From assembly GCA_046350755.1 (NCBI GenBank), contig JAXLZV010000003.1, forward strand, positions 1 through 61,511: a stretch of DNA of 61,511 nt, written 5' to 3'. Made by a program: the position numbers and the translations under genes. Each line of letters begins with the position of its first letter. The stretch's first letter is position 1. Positions 1 through 9,812 of the stretch are shown here, one piece after another. The notes beneath the pieces were generated by a model that worked only from the letters and a program-made list of their open reading frames with translations, was not told where the DNA came from and did not search any database. Origin of the DNA: Candidatus Saccharimonadota bacterium. GTDB taxonomy: Bacteria > Patescibacteriota > Saccharimonadia > CAILAD01 > GCA-016700035.

Positions 1-486
1 ACCCTTGATACAGCTGAGAAGATTAAAACTCAAGTGGGGGCAGCGCAACCGCCCAAGCCAAAAGATACTAGTCGGATTGATCTAACGAAGATAGGGATTA
101 AAGGGACATTGCTGACTCGTGAGCTGGCGACTATCATTGATGCGCGGCTGAAAGAGATGTGCGCACTGATTAAAGAAGAACTGCAGCGTGCTCACGGTGA
201 CGCTTTGCTTTCTAGCGGTGTAGTGATTACCGGTGGTGGAGCTAAGCTTGATGGCTTGGCGGAGTATATGGAGACAGAGATGGATGTTCCAGTTGCTCTC
301 GGCAGGGCTAATGCGGTGACCGGCATTATTGATCGCATTCATGATCCAGCCCTTACGACGGCTATCGGCCTCATGCTAGAAGATCTGGATCGACCTCAGG
401 GCGGCAAGAGTATTAATGATCGCATTGGCAAGGCTTTTGGTCGACTCGGCTCTATCTTTAAAGGTATTATGCCAGGTAGTCGCTAG
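1..486 (+). CDS. ftsA: Cell division protein FtsA, C-terminal part (5' truncated by window)
   Basis: Frame open from base 1; GVVITGGGAKLDGL actin-fold motif, DPALTTAIGL, C-terminal amphipathic helix; directly upstream of ftsZ. Confidence 0.95.
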   Translation, partial: TLDTAEKIKTQVGAAQPPKPKDTSRIDLTKIGIKGTLLTRELATIIDARLKEMCALIKEELQRAHGDALLSSGVVITGGGAKLDGLAEYMETEMDVPVALGRANAVTGIIDRIHDPALTTAIGLMLEDLDRPQGGKSINDRIGKAFGRLGSIFKGIMPGSR

Positions 487-519
487 TTCATTTTAGGGAA
501 GTAAATCTCGAAGTCTACA

Positions 520-567
520 ATTGAGCTGCTTGTTTACTCATCATATTGAGTAGAAAAGCAGCTCAAT
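520..567. terminator. Long inverted repeat after ftsA, terminator-like hairpin
   Basis: ATTGAGCTGCTT (520-531)/AAGCAGCTCAAT (556-567) with inner TACTCA/TGAGTA; AT-rich downstream. Confidence 0.55.
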
Positions 568-724
568 ATATTTTATGAAAATTTGTGAACACATTATTTG
601 ACTCCGCTGCATAAGACATTTATACTTTTACGTAGAGTTATCGTGTTTTTGAGTGATATATGGGTGTGGCAAGAACTAGCGGTGTGGGCCGCAACTAGAG
701 TCCAAGAATAAGGAGTGGGTGAGT

Positions 725-2293
725 ATGGCAGAAGTACTTCCTGATATTGAAGCGTTTGCTCGTATTAAGGTGATAGGTATCGGTGGCGGTGGTGGCAACT
801 CGCTCAACCGCATGATCCAGTCGAAAATTCGAGGTATCGAATTCATCGCAATCAATACTGATGCGCAGGCGTTGCATTACAGTCAAGCTAATAAGAAGAT
901 TCATATTGGTAAAGAGACCACTCGTGGCCTTGGAGCTGGCGCCAACCCAGAAATTGGCGCTCAGGCCGCTGAAGAGAGTGAAGAGGAAATATACGCGGCC
1001 CTCAAGAATTCGGAGATGGTCTTCATCACTACTGGTGAAGGTGGTGGTACTGGTTCGGGGGCTGCCCCAGTTGTGGCGCAGATCGCCCGCGATATTGGCG
1101 CTCTTACTGTTGGTATCGTAACTCGACCTTTTAAGTTCGAAGGTGATCGGCGTCGTAAGATTGCTGAAGATGGCATCCAGAAACTGAAAGAGAAGGTCGA
1201 CACGCTGATTGTTATCCCGAATGATCGGATTTTACAGATTATCGATCGCAAAACTTCTTTGCTGGATGCTTTTGCTACGGTTGATGATATTTTGCGCCAA
1301 GGCGTGCAAGGGATATCGGATCTCATCACGGTCAACGGCTTAGTCAATCTAGACTTTGCCGATGTTGAGGCGATTATGCGAAATGCTGGATCAGCCTTAA
1401 TGGGAATTGGTCTCGGTAGCGGGGATAATCGCGCCGTTGAAGCGGTTAAGCAGGCGATAGAGAGCCCACTCCTTGAAGTATCTATTCAGGGTGCCCAGGG
1501 TGTGATGATTAACTTCACTGGCGGTCGCGATATGGGGATGCACGAAATCGAAGAAGCTGCTCAATTAGTACATAATTCGGTTGATAGTGATGCCAATATT
1601 ATCTGGGGTATGGTGATTGATGAAAATATGAATAATGAGATCAAGGTGACGTTGGTGGCCACCGGCTTTGAAGCTGAACGGGCTGATCGCAGTCCGACGC
1701 TTTTTGGAGGTATTCCTCAGCCGATTGCTCAGCGTTCGGTGGGAGAATTGGCTGATCAGCATGTTGAAACGACTGCCCAAGATGCCCAAGCTACTCAACC
1801 AGAACCGCAGCCAGCGGAGCCAGCGATTGCCGACCAGTCTGAAGCCTATGTGCCGTCGGCTTTTCGGGGAATCGAGGAGACAGACGCAGAACCAGAGGAG
1901 CCACCGATTCCTTTTGTGGCTGATCGGCCACGTGTCCGTGAGGATGCATTGATTAGTGATCAGCCTTTGGTGCGGGCTGAGCCGGAGTCCCAGGTGCGTG
2001 AGCGCTTTAAGGAGGACGAGATCGCTTCTCCAAGCCTATTTGATGAACCGATTCGACCATTTGATCGTGAGGTCGAGCCAGAGACCACTTCGGAAGCTAT
2101 TCACGCTACTCCAGAGCCAGAGCCAGTGCGCGTTCAGGATAAACCAATCGTCAAGACGTTGTCGTCGCGCTTCAATGATGCTGAGGAAGACGACTTTGAT
2201 CGCCCTGCTTACATGCGTCAGGGTATGAAAGTGGAGAGTTCGATCATTGAGATCGACGACACACCGGCTGAAACTACAAAAAAGACGAAGTAG
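725..2293 (+). CDS. ftsZ: Cell division protein FtsZ with long acidic C-terminal linker
   Basis: [22 protein letters not shown] tubulin signature, NLDFAD; C-terminal peptide [10 protein letters not shown]; ATG 725 after AGGAG. Confidence 0.98.
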   Translation: MAEVLPDIEAFARIKVIGIGGGGGNSLNRMIQSKIRGIEFIAINTDAQALHYSQANKKIHIGKETTRGLGAGANPEIGAQAAEESEEEIYAALKNSEMVFITTGEGGGTGSGAAPVVAQIARDIGALTVGIVTRPFKFEGDRRRKIAEDGIQKLKEKVDTLIVIPNDRILQIIDRKTSLLDAFATVDDILRQGVQGISDLITVNGLVNLDFADVEAIMRNAGSALMGIGLGSGDNRAVEAVKQAIESPLLEVSIQGAQGVMINFTGGRDMGMHEIEEAAQLVHNSVDSDANIIWGMVIDENMNNEIKVTLVATGFEAERADRSPTLFGGIPQPIAQRSVGELADQHVETTAQDAQATQPEPQPAEPAIADQSEAYVPSAFRGIEETDAEPEEPPIPFVADRPRVREDALISDQPLVRAEPESQVRERFKEDEIASPSLFDEPIRPFDREVEPETTSEAIHATPEPEPVRVQDKPIVKTLSSRFNDAEEDDFDRPAYMRQGMKVESSIIEIDDTPAETTKKTK

Positions 2294-2302
2294 CTATATA
2301 CT

Positions 2303-2761
2303 ATGCGCTGTCCTGCCTGTGGATCTGCCCGAAGTCGAGTTATAGAATCCCGTGATGTTGATGACACGGCGGCCGTTCGGCGTCGTCGCGAGTGTGATGA
2401 CTGTAATCATCGCTTCACAACCTACGAGCGTATTGAGTTGCCGCGACTCTTAGTAATCAAGAAAAACGGCGAGCGGGAGCTGTATGATCGCTCGAAGCTA
2501 GCGGGCGGTATCTATAAGGCCTGTGAGAAGCGCCCAGTCGGATCTGAGAAGATAGAAGAAGCGATCGCGGATATTGAACGCGACATCTACGGCCTAGGCG
2601 AGTCGGAAATTTCGAGCACCGATCTGGGAGAGCTGGTTATGAAGCGTCTCGCGGGGCTTGATGATGTTGCCTATGTGCGGTTTGCGAGCGTGTATCGCAG
2701 CTTTACGAGTCTCGATAGCTTTGAAAAAGCGTTGGCTCAGATCAAGAAGACGCGTAAATAA
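2303..2761 (+). CDS. nrdR: Transcriptional repressor NrdR
   Basis: MRCPACG...RRRRECDDCNHRFTTYE zinc ribbon, ATP-cone, VAYVRFASVY. Confidence 0.97.
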   Translation: MRCPACGSARSRVIESRDVDDTAAVRRRRECDDCNHRFTTYERIELPRLLVIKKNGERELYDRSKLAGGIYKACEKRPVGSEKIEEAIADIERDIYGLGESEISSTDLGELVMKRLAGLDDVAYVRFASVYRSFTSLDSFEKALAQIKKTRK

Positions 2762-2815
2762 TCAATTATTGTAATCGGCTCGGCATACGGTGAGATATAG
2801 GCTATCATAAGTGGT

Positions 2816-3079
2816 ATGAAGATATTAGTTATTGGTGAGGCAAAATCGCCCGAGCAGCGCGAAGAACTCGACTATTTGGTCGAGCAGTGCGATAAATTGC
2901 TCGATGGGCAGGTGGAACGTCGCTCAAGTACCTCACGGGCGGGAGTTGGTACTATGGAGGCCTATGACATATTGAACACGCCTGCTGTGCTGGTGGTGCG
3001 TGACGACGGCGGTGTGGTTGCTATGTGGCAGCATACTTTGCCGCTCTTTAGTGACGTAAGCTATTATTATCATTCTTAG
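2816..3079 (+). CDS. Small thioredoxin-fold-like hypothetical protein without CxxC
   Basis: YDILNTPAVLVVRDDG...WQHTLP pattern resembles small CPR proteins found near ftsZ/nrdR (recollection); TATCAT 7 nt upstream. Confidence 0.7.
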   Translation: MKILVIGEAKSPEQREELDYLVEQCDKLLDGQVERRSSTSRAGVGTMEAYDILNTPAVLVVRDDGGVVAMWQHTLPLFSDVSYYYHS

Positions 3080-3129
3080 TCGCTCCGGCATCTTGCCGAA
3101 AACAGGCCGAAAGCAGTACAATAACAGAT

Positions 3130-6027
3130 ATGGAAAAATCTTCTCTCTCAACTTTAGCTGCGGCTGAAGAGGCTCAGCTCGCTGTTTGGGCAAAGCAGCA
3201 TACTTTTGAGCGATCAGTTCAGCAGCGTGAGGGCGCCGAGCCGTATATCTTTTATGATGGACCGCCCTTCGCTAATGGTATGCCTCATCTCGGGCATATG
3301 CTCACGTCAACGTTAAAAGACGCTGTAACGCGCTATAAGACAATGCGTGGCTATTACGTTCCGCGGCGGTTTGGTTGGGATTGTCATGGTTTGCCACCAG
3401 AAATGCTGGCCGAAAAAGAGTTAGGAATTTCAGGCAAGAAGGCGATCGAGTCGTACGGTATTGATAAGTTTGTTGGCTACTGTCGTGATTCGGTGCTGCG
3501 GTTCACCGCAGAATGGCACGAATATGTAACGCGCCTGGGTCGCTGGGTGGATTTTGCTGATGATTACCGAACGATGGACGTCGACTACATGGAGTCGGTC
3601 TTGTGGGCTTTCAAGACGCTTTATGAAAAAGGTCTTATTTATGAAGGCGAACGAGTCGTGCCGTATAGCTATGGCGCGCAAACTTCACTCAGTATATCGG
3701 AGACACGCCTTGATGATAGCATGCGTGATCGGGAGGACCTGACGGCGACCATTCGGTTTGCGCTAGCAGATGGTCGTCACCTGTTAGGCTGGACGACTAC
3801 ACCATGGACGTTGCCAGCGAATTTACTTTTGGCCGTTCATGAATCGCTTGACTATGTCGAAATGGGACGGGAGGGTGAGACAGTGGTATTGGCGGCTGAG
3901 GCCCTCGAACGCTATACAGCTGAACTCACTGGCTGGCAGCAGCAGAGGCGCTTCAAGGGCTCAGAGCTTGTTGGACTAACCTACGAGCCACTTTTCCCGT
4001 ACTTTGTAGGTACCGAGAACGCCTTTCGGGTCGTGGCGGCTGATTTTGTCGAAGCCGGAGAGGGTACCGGTGTGGTACACATTGCTCCCGGGCACGGTGA
4101 AGATGATTACTGGCTCGGTAAAGCTGAACAGGTAGCAATTTTGAGTCCCGTCGATGACGAAGGTCGATTTACTGCTGAGGTGAAAGACTACGTCGGTCGA
4201 CTAGTGTTTGATGCCAATAATGAGATTGTGGCCGACTTAGATCATCAGCATAAACTGTTCGCCAAGGCCATCATCACGCATAAATACCCCCATTGTTGGC
4301 GTACTGATGTGCCGATCATCTATCGGGCATTAAGCGCCTGGTTTGTCGATGTACCGAAGATTAAAGATCAACTTCTCAAGGCAAATCAGGAAATACATTG
4401 GTTTCCAGCTCACATTAAAGATGGCGCCTTTGGTAAATGGCTAGAGAACGCACGGGAATGGAATATTAGCCGTAATCGTTATTGGGGCGCGCCTTTACCA
4501 GTTTGGAAAACAGACGATGGTGAAATCATGGTGATGGGCTCGCTCGAAGAGATTCGTGAGCGAGCGGTGAAGCCAGAGTTGGTGACTGATCTGCATCGCC
4601 CGAATATTGATGTCGTGGAGCTTAAGACTGATTCTGGTAAGATCGCTCATCGTATCGGTGATGTGTTTGACTGCTGGTTTGAATCGGGTAGTATGCCCTT
4701 TGCTCAGCTACACTACCCGTTTGAGAATAAAGAGCAGTTTGAGTCTACGTATCCCGCTGACTTTATTACTGAATATGTGGGGCAAACTCGCGGTTGGTTT
4801 TATAATTTGCACGTCATGAGTGTTGCCCTATTTGGGAAGCCGGCCTTTAAAAATGCTGTGGCGCACGGAATTTTGCTTGGCAATGATGGTCGGAAGCTCA
4901 GTAAACGACTCGGTAATTATCCCGAGAATTCAGAAACGTTTGATCAATTTGGCGCTGACGCGATTCGATTCTACTTGCTATCTACGCCACTTGTATCTGG
5001 TGATACGGCCGCCTACGACAGTAAGTCTCTGCAGGAGGCGCAGCGGAACGTCATCCAAAGATTCAAAAACGTACACAGTTTTTATGCAATGTATGCAGAG
5101 GTTGATGCCTATCAACCGAACAAGCAACTTACCCAGCCAAAGTCTGATCACCCGCTTGATCAATGGGTACTTGCTCGGCTTTCGCAGACCGTTACGCAGG
5201 TCTCTGAGGCGGCTGATAGTTTTGATACCCCCCGACTTTGCCGCTCGTTATCTGAGTATCTCGACGATGTCTCCAATTGGTATGTCCGTCGTAGTCGACG
5301 GCGCTTCTGGAAGAGTGGTGATGATACTGATAAGCAGACAGCTTTTGCAACTCTGCACTACGTTCTTGCTACGACCGCCCAGCTGATGGCTCCGTGGGCA
5401 CCCTTTGTCGCTGATGAAATCTGGCAGGCAGTGATGTCGACTACCGACGAGGCAAAGTCGGTACATTTAAGTGATTGGCCACAGGCAAGTGAGCCGGATA
5501 TGGGGACTATTAATAAGATGGCGATTGTGCGAGAGGCCGTCACTCTTGGATTAGCTGAACGGGCGAGCGCGGGCATTAAAGTCCGCCAGCCACTGGCTTC
5601 AGCTACGATACAAGCTACCGAGAAGTTATCGACCGCGTTAACTGAGATCATTGCCGAAGAACTTAATGTGAAGATGGTTAAGTTTAAGTTCAATCCGACT
5701 AACGCAAACGGTGAGGATAGCGCCGCTACCGTCACTCTTGATACCAAGCTCAACTCTGATTTGAAGGCAGAAGGTGTGGCGCGCGATATTATTCGTTTCG
5801 TGCAGGCGGCCCGTAAGTCGGCTGGCCTGCAAGTTGATGATCGTATCGAGTTAGCGCTAGTCGGTGGTGAACAATTGACCTCTGCTCTAGCTGCGCATCA
5901 GGAGCTCATATGTGAAGAGACTCTAGCTACTGAGTTTATGACCGCTCCTACCGACCGGCAAACGGTTTCGACCGTTCAACTCAATGGTGAAGAGCTGACT
6001 ATCGGCCTGGCAGTACGTAAGGGCTAA
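3130..6027 (+). CDS. ileS: Isoleucine--tRNA ligase (type 2)
   Basis: FYDGPPFANGMPHLGH, GWDCHGLP, WTTTPWTLPAN, WNISRNRYWG, KLSKR; IleRS2-style C-terminus. Confidence 0.97.
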   Translation: MEKSSLSTLAAAEEAQLAVWAKQHTFERSVQQREGAEPYIFYDGPPFANGMPHLGHMLTSTLKDAVTRYKTMRGYYVPRRFGWDCHGLPPEMLAEKELGISGKKAIESYGIDKFVGYCRDSVLRFTAEWHEYVTRLGRWVDFADDYRTMDVDYMESVLWAFKTLYEKGLIYEGERVVPYSYGAQTSLSISETRLDDSMRDREDLTATIRFALADGRHLLGWTTTPWTLPANLLLAVHESLDYVEMGREGETVVLAAEALERYTAELTGWQQQRRFKGSELVGLTYEPLFPYFVGTENAFRVVAADFVEAGEGTGVVHIAPGHGEDDYWLGKAEQVAILSPVDDEGRFTAEVKDYVGRLVFDANNEIVADLDHQHKLFAKAIITHKYPHCWRTDVPIIYRALSAWFVDVPKIKDQLLKANQEIHWFPAHIKDGAFGKWLENAREWNISRNRYWGAPLPVWKTDDGEIMVMGSLEEIRERAVKPELVTDLHRPNIDVVELKTDSGKIAHRIGDVFDCWFESGSMPFAQLHYPFENKEQFESTYPADFITEYVGQTRGWFYNLHVMSVALFGKPAFKNAVAHGILLGNDGRKLSKRLGNYPENSETFDQFGADAIRFYLLSTPLVSGDTAAYDSKSLQEAQRNVIQRFKNVHSFYAMYAEVDAYQPNKQLTQPKSDHPLDQWVLARLSQTVTQVSEAADSFDTPRLCRSLSEYLDDVSNWYVRRSRRRFWKSGDDTDKQTAFATLHYVLATTAQLMAPWAPFVADEIWQAVMSTTDEAKSVHLSDWPQASEPDMGTINKMAIVREAVTLGLAERASAGIKVRQPLASATIQATEKLSTALTEIIAEELNVKMVKFKFNPTNANGEDSAATVTLDTKLNSDLKAEGVARDIIRFVQAARKSAGLQVDDRIELALVGGEQLTSALAAHQELICEETLATEFMTAPTDRQTVSTVQLNGEELTIGLAVRKG

Positions 6028-6032
6028 GTCGC

Positions 6033-7148
6033 ATGCAGAGAGGGTTGAGACGCATAGACTGGATTGTCCTGATTGTCGCATTGCTCATCACGGCATTGGG
6101 TCTGCTAGTTCTATATTCATCAGGCATCAAAGCGCAGGAAGTGCGGGCAGAAATCGATGCTACGCGTCAATTCTTGTACGCTGCCGTTGGTCTGGTTGGC
6201 TTGGCGATCGTGGCGCGCATTGATTATCGAGTGTTCAAAAGCTATGCCGTGATTTTATATATCCTGATGGTTGGCTCGTTGGTCGCGGTCGATGTGCTTG
6301 GCTTTACGGCACTTGGCGCTCAACGCTGGATCAGTATTGGCTTCTTTCAATTCCAGCCATCCGAGTTTGCAAAACTGGCCTTGATAATTGTTTTAGCAGC
6401 GTATTATTCACGGGTTTACGATGTGAGTCACCAGCTGCGCTATCTGGTGATCTCACTGCTACTGGTTGGATTACCGATGGCTCTCGTTGTAGCTCAGCCC
6501 GATCTTGGGACCGGACTGGTTTTTTTTGCGATCTGGCTGCCAATGACATTAGCCACCCAAGTCAAAAAACGTTATCTCGTGTTTGGAGCGGCCCTGGGCG
6601 CTGCTGCCTTGCCGCTCATCTATAGCTTATTGGCGCCCTATCAGAAAAATCGTTTGGTGGTGCTGCTGAACCCTCAGGCTGACAAGCTAGGGACGGGATA
6701 TAACGTTACTCAGTCTGTGATTGCAGTTGGTAGTGGCGGTTGGTTTGGTCGAGGGCTGTCATCAGGGAGTCAGAGTCAGCTCAACTTTTTGCCTTCGCAA
6801 CACACTGACTTTATTTTTGCGGTTTTAGCTGAAAAACTCGGCTTTGTCGGGGCAGCTTTGGCAATTACCCTCTATCTCATCTTAATCGTGCGGATATATA
6901 TCTTAAGCACTCAGTCGATAGATCGCTTTGGGGCATATATTTGTATAGGGGTAGCCAGTATGTTGCTCTTTCATGTGCTCGTGAATGTCGGGATGAATAT
7001 GGGTATCATGCCCGTGACGGGAATCCCGCTACCACTTATCTCAGCGGGTGGTACGAGTATGTTGATGACGATGTTAGCGCTTGGCTTGGTTCTCAGTGTG
7101 GCCCGGAATCGCGAATCAAAGCGCCGCCTGAAAGATGAGACCGTATGA
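6033..7148 (+). CDS. rodA: Rod shape-determining protein RodA (SEDS family)
   Basis: GAQRWI, FQPSEFAK, QPDLGT, HTDFIF, GIPLPLISAGG; about 10 TM segments. Confidence 0.93.
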   Translation: MQRGLRRIDWIVLIVALLITALGLLVLYSSGIKAQEVRAEIDATRQFLYAAVGLVGLAIVARIDYRVFKSYAVILYILMVGSLVAVDVLGFTALGAQRWISIGFFQFQPSEFAKLALIIVLAAYYSRVYDVSHQLRYLVISLLLVGLPMALVVAQPDLGTGLVFFAIWLPMTLATQVKKRYLVFGAALGAAALPLIYSLLAPYQKNRLVVLLNPQADKLGTGYNVTQSVIAVGSGGWFGRGLSSGSQSQLNFLPSQHTDFIFAVLAEKLGFVGAALAITLYLILIVRIYILSTQSIDRFGAYICIGVASMLLFHVLVNVGMNMGIMPVTGIPLPLISAGGTSMLMTMLALGLVLSVARNRESKRRLKDETV

Positions 7149-7711
7149 GTCGTCGACCGAGTCGGCGACAGCTGCAGCGGGCTTTATTCGCGATCTTGGC
7201 GGCGATCGTAGCCGCGATACTCTTGCGGGCAGCTCCGCAAAAACCCCCAACGACTCAGTTGCAGGGTGGTGATAGCCTCGAAGTAAAAACCGTTTACGAT
7301 GGAGACACGATTGCTGTTATGCGCGGCTCAACACTCGAAAAGGTGCGCCTACTCGGTATTGATACGCCCGAGACGAAAGATCCACGTAAGCCTGTACAGT
7401 GTTTTGGTCGGGAGGCGAGCAGCCGAACGAAGGAGCTATTAACCGGGCGTCGCGTTAGGTTGGAGCTTGATCCGAGTCAGGGGGAGCGCGATCGCTATGA
7501 TCGACTACTAGTCTATGTTTGGCGAGATGATGGTTTATTCGTCAATAAGTCACTATTGGAAGACGGGTATGCGCATGAATACACCTATCAGTCAGTGCCG
7601 TACAGGTATCAAGCGGAATTTAAGGCCGCTGCACAACAGGCTGAGCAGGCTCAAAAGGGCTTGTGGTCGCCAAATACTTGCTCGGGAGACACAAAGCAGC
7701 CTGCGGGCTAG
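7145..7711 (+). CDS. Thermonuclease (SNase) family protein with N-terminal anchor
   Basis: DGDTI, VRLLGIDTPE, DRYDRLLVYV, LLEDGYA, AQKGLW; hydrophobic N-terminus. Confidence 0.93.
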   Translation: MSRRPSRRQLQRALFAILAAIVAAILLRAAPQKPPTTQLQGGDSLEVKTVYDGDTIAVMRGSTLEKVRLLGIDTPETKDPRKPVQCFGREASSRTKELLTGRRVRLELDPSQGERDRYDRLLVYVWRDDGLFVNKSLLEDGYAHEYTYQSVPYRYQAEFKAAAQQAEQAQKGLWSPNTCSGDTKQPAG

Positions 7712-7744
7712 AGTAGAAGTGGCTTTGGCCTGTATAATGTAGAC

Positions 7745-8677
7745 ATGACAAAAGCTCTCTGTGACGTTGTAATTATTGGAAGTGGACCAGCAGCCTACAC
7801 GGCAGGTATTTACACGGCGCGTGCTGCATTGAGCACGGTGATGTATGCCGGTGACGTGCCAGGTGGGCAGTTATTGCTCACCAGCGAAGTTGAGAACTGG
7901 CCAGGCTTTCGTGATGGCATTATGGGGCCGGAGCTGATGGAGGAGATGAAAGCGCAAACTGAGCGTTTCGGAGTAAAAATTCATCACGAGTTTGTTGCCA
8001 AGGTCGTGCCAGGTAAAGGACAGCACAGTGTTGAGCTCGCGAGCGGTGAAGTTATTTCCGCGCGGACGATTATTGTTGCCACCGGCGCACAGGCTCAATG
8101 GTTGGGTCTTGAAAATGAAACTCGTTTAATGGCGAAGGGTATTTCAGCTTGTGCAACCTGCGATGGGTACTTTTTCCAGAACAAACATGTCGTTGTTGTT
8201 GGTGGTGGCGATACGGCGATGGAAGAAGCCCTGACACTCACGAAGTTTGCCGATAAGGTAACCGTTGTCCATCGTCGGGACAGTTTGCGAGCCAGCAAGA
8301 TTATGCAGGAGCGAGCACGCAAGCATCCAAAAATTTCTTTTATCTGGGATAGCGCGGTAACTGACGTGCTGGGTGAGAATATGGTATCTGGCGTTGAGAT
8401 CACAAATCTTAAAACACAGGCTCAACAAACGCTAGACTGCGGAGGCTTATTTGTGGCTATCGGCCATCTACCAGCTACTGACTTTCTCAAGGGGGTCATT
8501 GATCTCGATGAGAAGGGCTATATTGCCGTTAAAGATAACGTCTTTACGAGTGTTGACGGGATTTTTGCAGCTGGCGACGTGGCTGATAAGCGCTATCGCC
8601 AGGCGATTACTGCCGCTGGCGATGGTTGCAGGGCAGCTCTTGAAGTTGAACATTATCTAGCAAATTTGGACGGCTAA
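7745..8677 (+). CDS. trxB: Thioredoxin-disulfide reductase
   Basis: GSGPAAYTA, CATCDG redox motif, GGGDTAMEEA, GIFAAGDV. Confidence 0.97.
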   Translation: MTKALCDVVIIGSGPAAYTAGIYTARAALSTVMYAGDVPGGQLLLTSEVENWPGFRDGIMGPELMEEMKAQTERFGVKIHHEFVAKVVPGKGQHSVELASGEVISARTIIVATGAQAQWLGLENETRLMAKGISACATCDGYFFQNKHVVVVGGGDTAMEEALTLTKFADKVTVVHRRDSLRASKIMQERARKHPKISFIWDSAVTDVLGENMVSGVEITNLKTQAQQTLDCGGLFVAIGHLPATDFLKGVIDLDEKGYIAVKDNVFTSVDGIFAAGDVADKRYRQAITAAGDGCRAALEVEHYLANLDG

Positions 8678-8687
8678 GGGAGGCGAT

Positions 8688-9290
8688 ATGGCAAATCCCC
8701 CTGATCTAGATGCTTATAAGGCCAGGATTGCCGATCTCCAGGCGCAGGTACAAGAGCTTCAAAAACGGCTTGTTACTGATGAGCTCACCCAAATCCTAAA
8801 CCGTCGAGGACTGATGGATTATCTCGAGGCGATCGCTAGTGAAGTGCGCTTCCAGCAAAAGCACCCCGATAAGCGTCGGTCAGTTGTTATTAAAGCACTG
8901 TCACTCATTTTTATTGATATTGATCATTTTAAGCGGATTAATGATACCTATGGTCATGATGCCGGCGATGCGGTTCTCCGCCAAGTGGCCGATTTGATTC
9001 AAGACCAAGTCCGACAGCTTGATATCGTTGGTCGGTATGGTGGTGAGGAGATCGTTGTAGGGTTAGTTGGGGCTGATGAAAAAAATGCCACCAGGATCGC
9101 TGAGATCTTACGGGCTGAGATTGAAGCCAGTGAGTTTATGGTGCCAAATAAAGATAACCTGAAGCTAACTGCGAGTTTAGGTGTGGCCGAATTAACGAAT
9201 GAAAAGTCGGTTGCAGCCGTCTTAAAGATGGCTGATGAGGCTCTGTATCGGGCTAAAGACGAAGGTCGAAATCGAGTTATTGTAGCTTGA
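8688..9290 (+). CDS. Diguanylate cyclase (coiled coil + GGDEF domain)
   Basis: DELTQILNRRG, IDIDHFKRINDTYGHDAGD, RYGGEEI, ADEALYRAKDEGRNR; RQLD I-site. Confidence 0.92.
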   Translation: MANPPDLDAYKARIADLQAQVQELQKRLVTDELTQILNRRGLMDYLEAIASEVRFQQKHPDKRRSVVIKALSLIFIDIDHFKRINDTYGHDAGDAVLRQVADLIQDQVRQLDIVGRYGGEEIVVGLVGADEKNATRIAEILRAEIEASEFMVPNKDNLKLTASLGVAELTNEKSVAAVLKMADEALYRAKDEGRNRVIVA

Positions 9291-9293
9291 GAG

Positions 9294-9812
9294 ATGATGA
9301 GTATGGGTGGCAATGTGACATATATGAACAAAGTAATTGACAGTCTGAGTATTCGTCCGGCGCGGATAAATGACATTATCAGACTGAATAAATTATTTAT
9401 ACAATCTATTGATTCAGACTTTACATATTTTAGTGATTCCTTCAAGAAAAAGCTTGCTTCGCAGCATAATATACCTCGCCTTGCGAAAGCCTATTTATCG
9501 CCATTTGCACAACTTATTCTGGCCTGGGATGGTCATGAATTAGTCGGCTATTGCTTATTGCGGAGTGAGCCGAAATCGCTCAGTTACTTGCACTGGATGT
9601 ATGTCAGGCCAGACCAACGAGGGCGGAAGCTGGGCGAGAGCCTCTTACAAGCAGCGATTGAAACCGCTGAGTCGCATCATGCCCACGCCTTACAGCTAGT
9701 AACGCACGACAAAGAAGAGTTTTACGCCCGGTATCATTTCACACCGCTACGCCGCATACCCGGATTAATTGGTGGCGCTGATATGACCGTCATGGAGCTG
9801 AAACTTGGTTAA
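9294..9812 (+). CDS. GNAT family N-acetyltransferase
   Basis: MYVRPDQRGRKLGESLL acetyl-CoA binding motif A; FYARYHF. Confidence 0.85.
   Translation: MMSMGGNVTYMNKVIDSLSIRPARINDIIRLNKLFIQSIDSDFTYFSDSFKKKLASQHNIPRLAKAYLSPFAQLILAWDGHELVGYCLLRSEPKSLSYLHWMYVRPDQRGRKLGESLLQAAIETAESHHAHALQLVTHDKEEFYARYHFTPLRRIPGLIGGADMTVMELKLG

Noticed and set aside
3080-3129. T-box leader upstream of ileS
   Set aside because: Only 50 nt intergenic, and the -10 is 7 nt from the ATG, so there is no room for a leader
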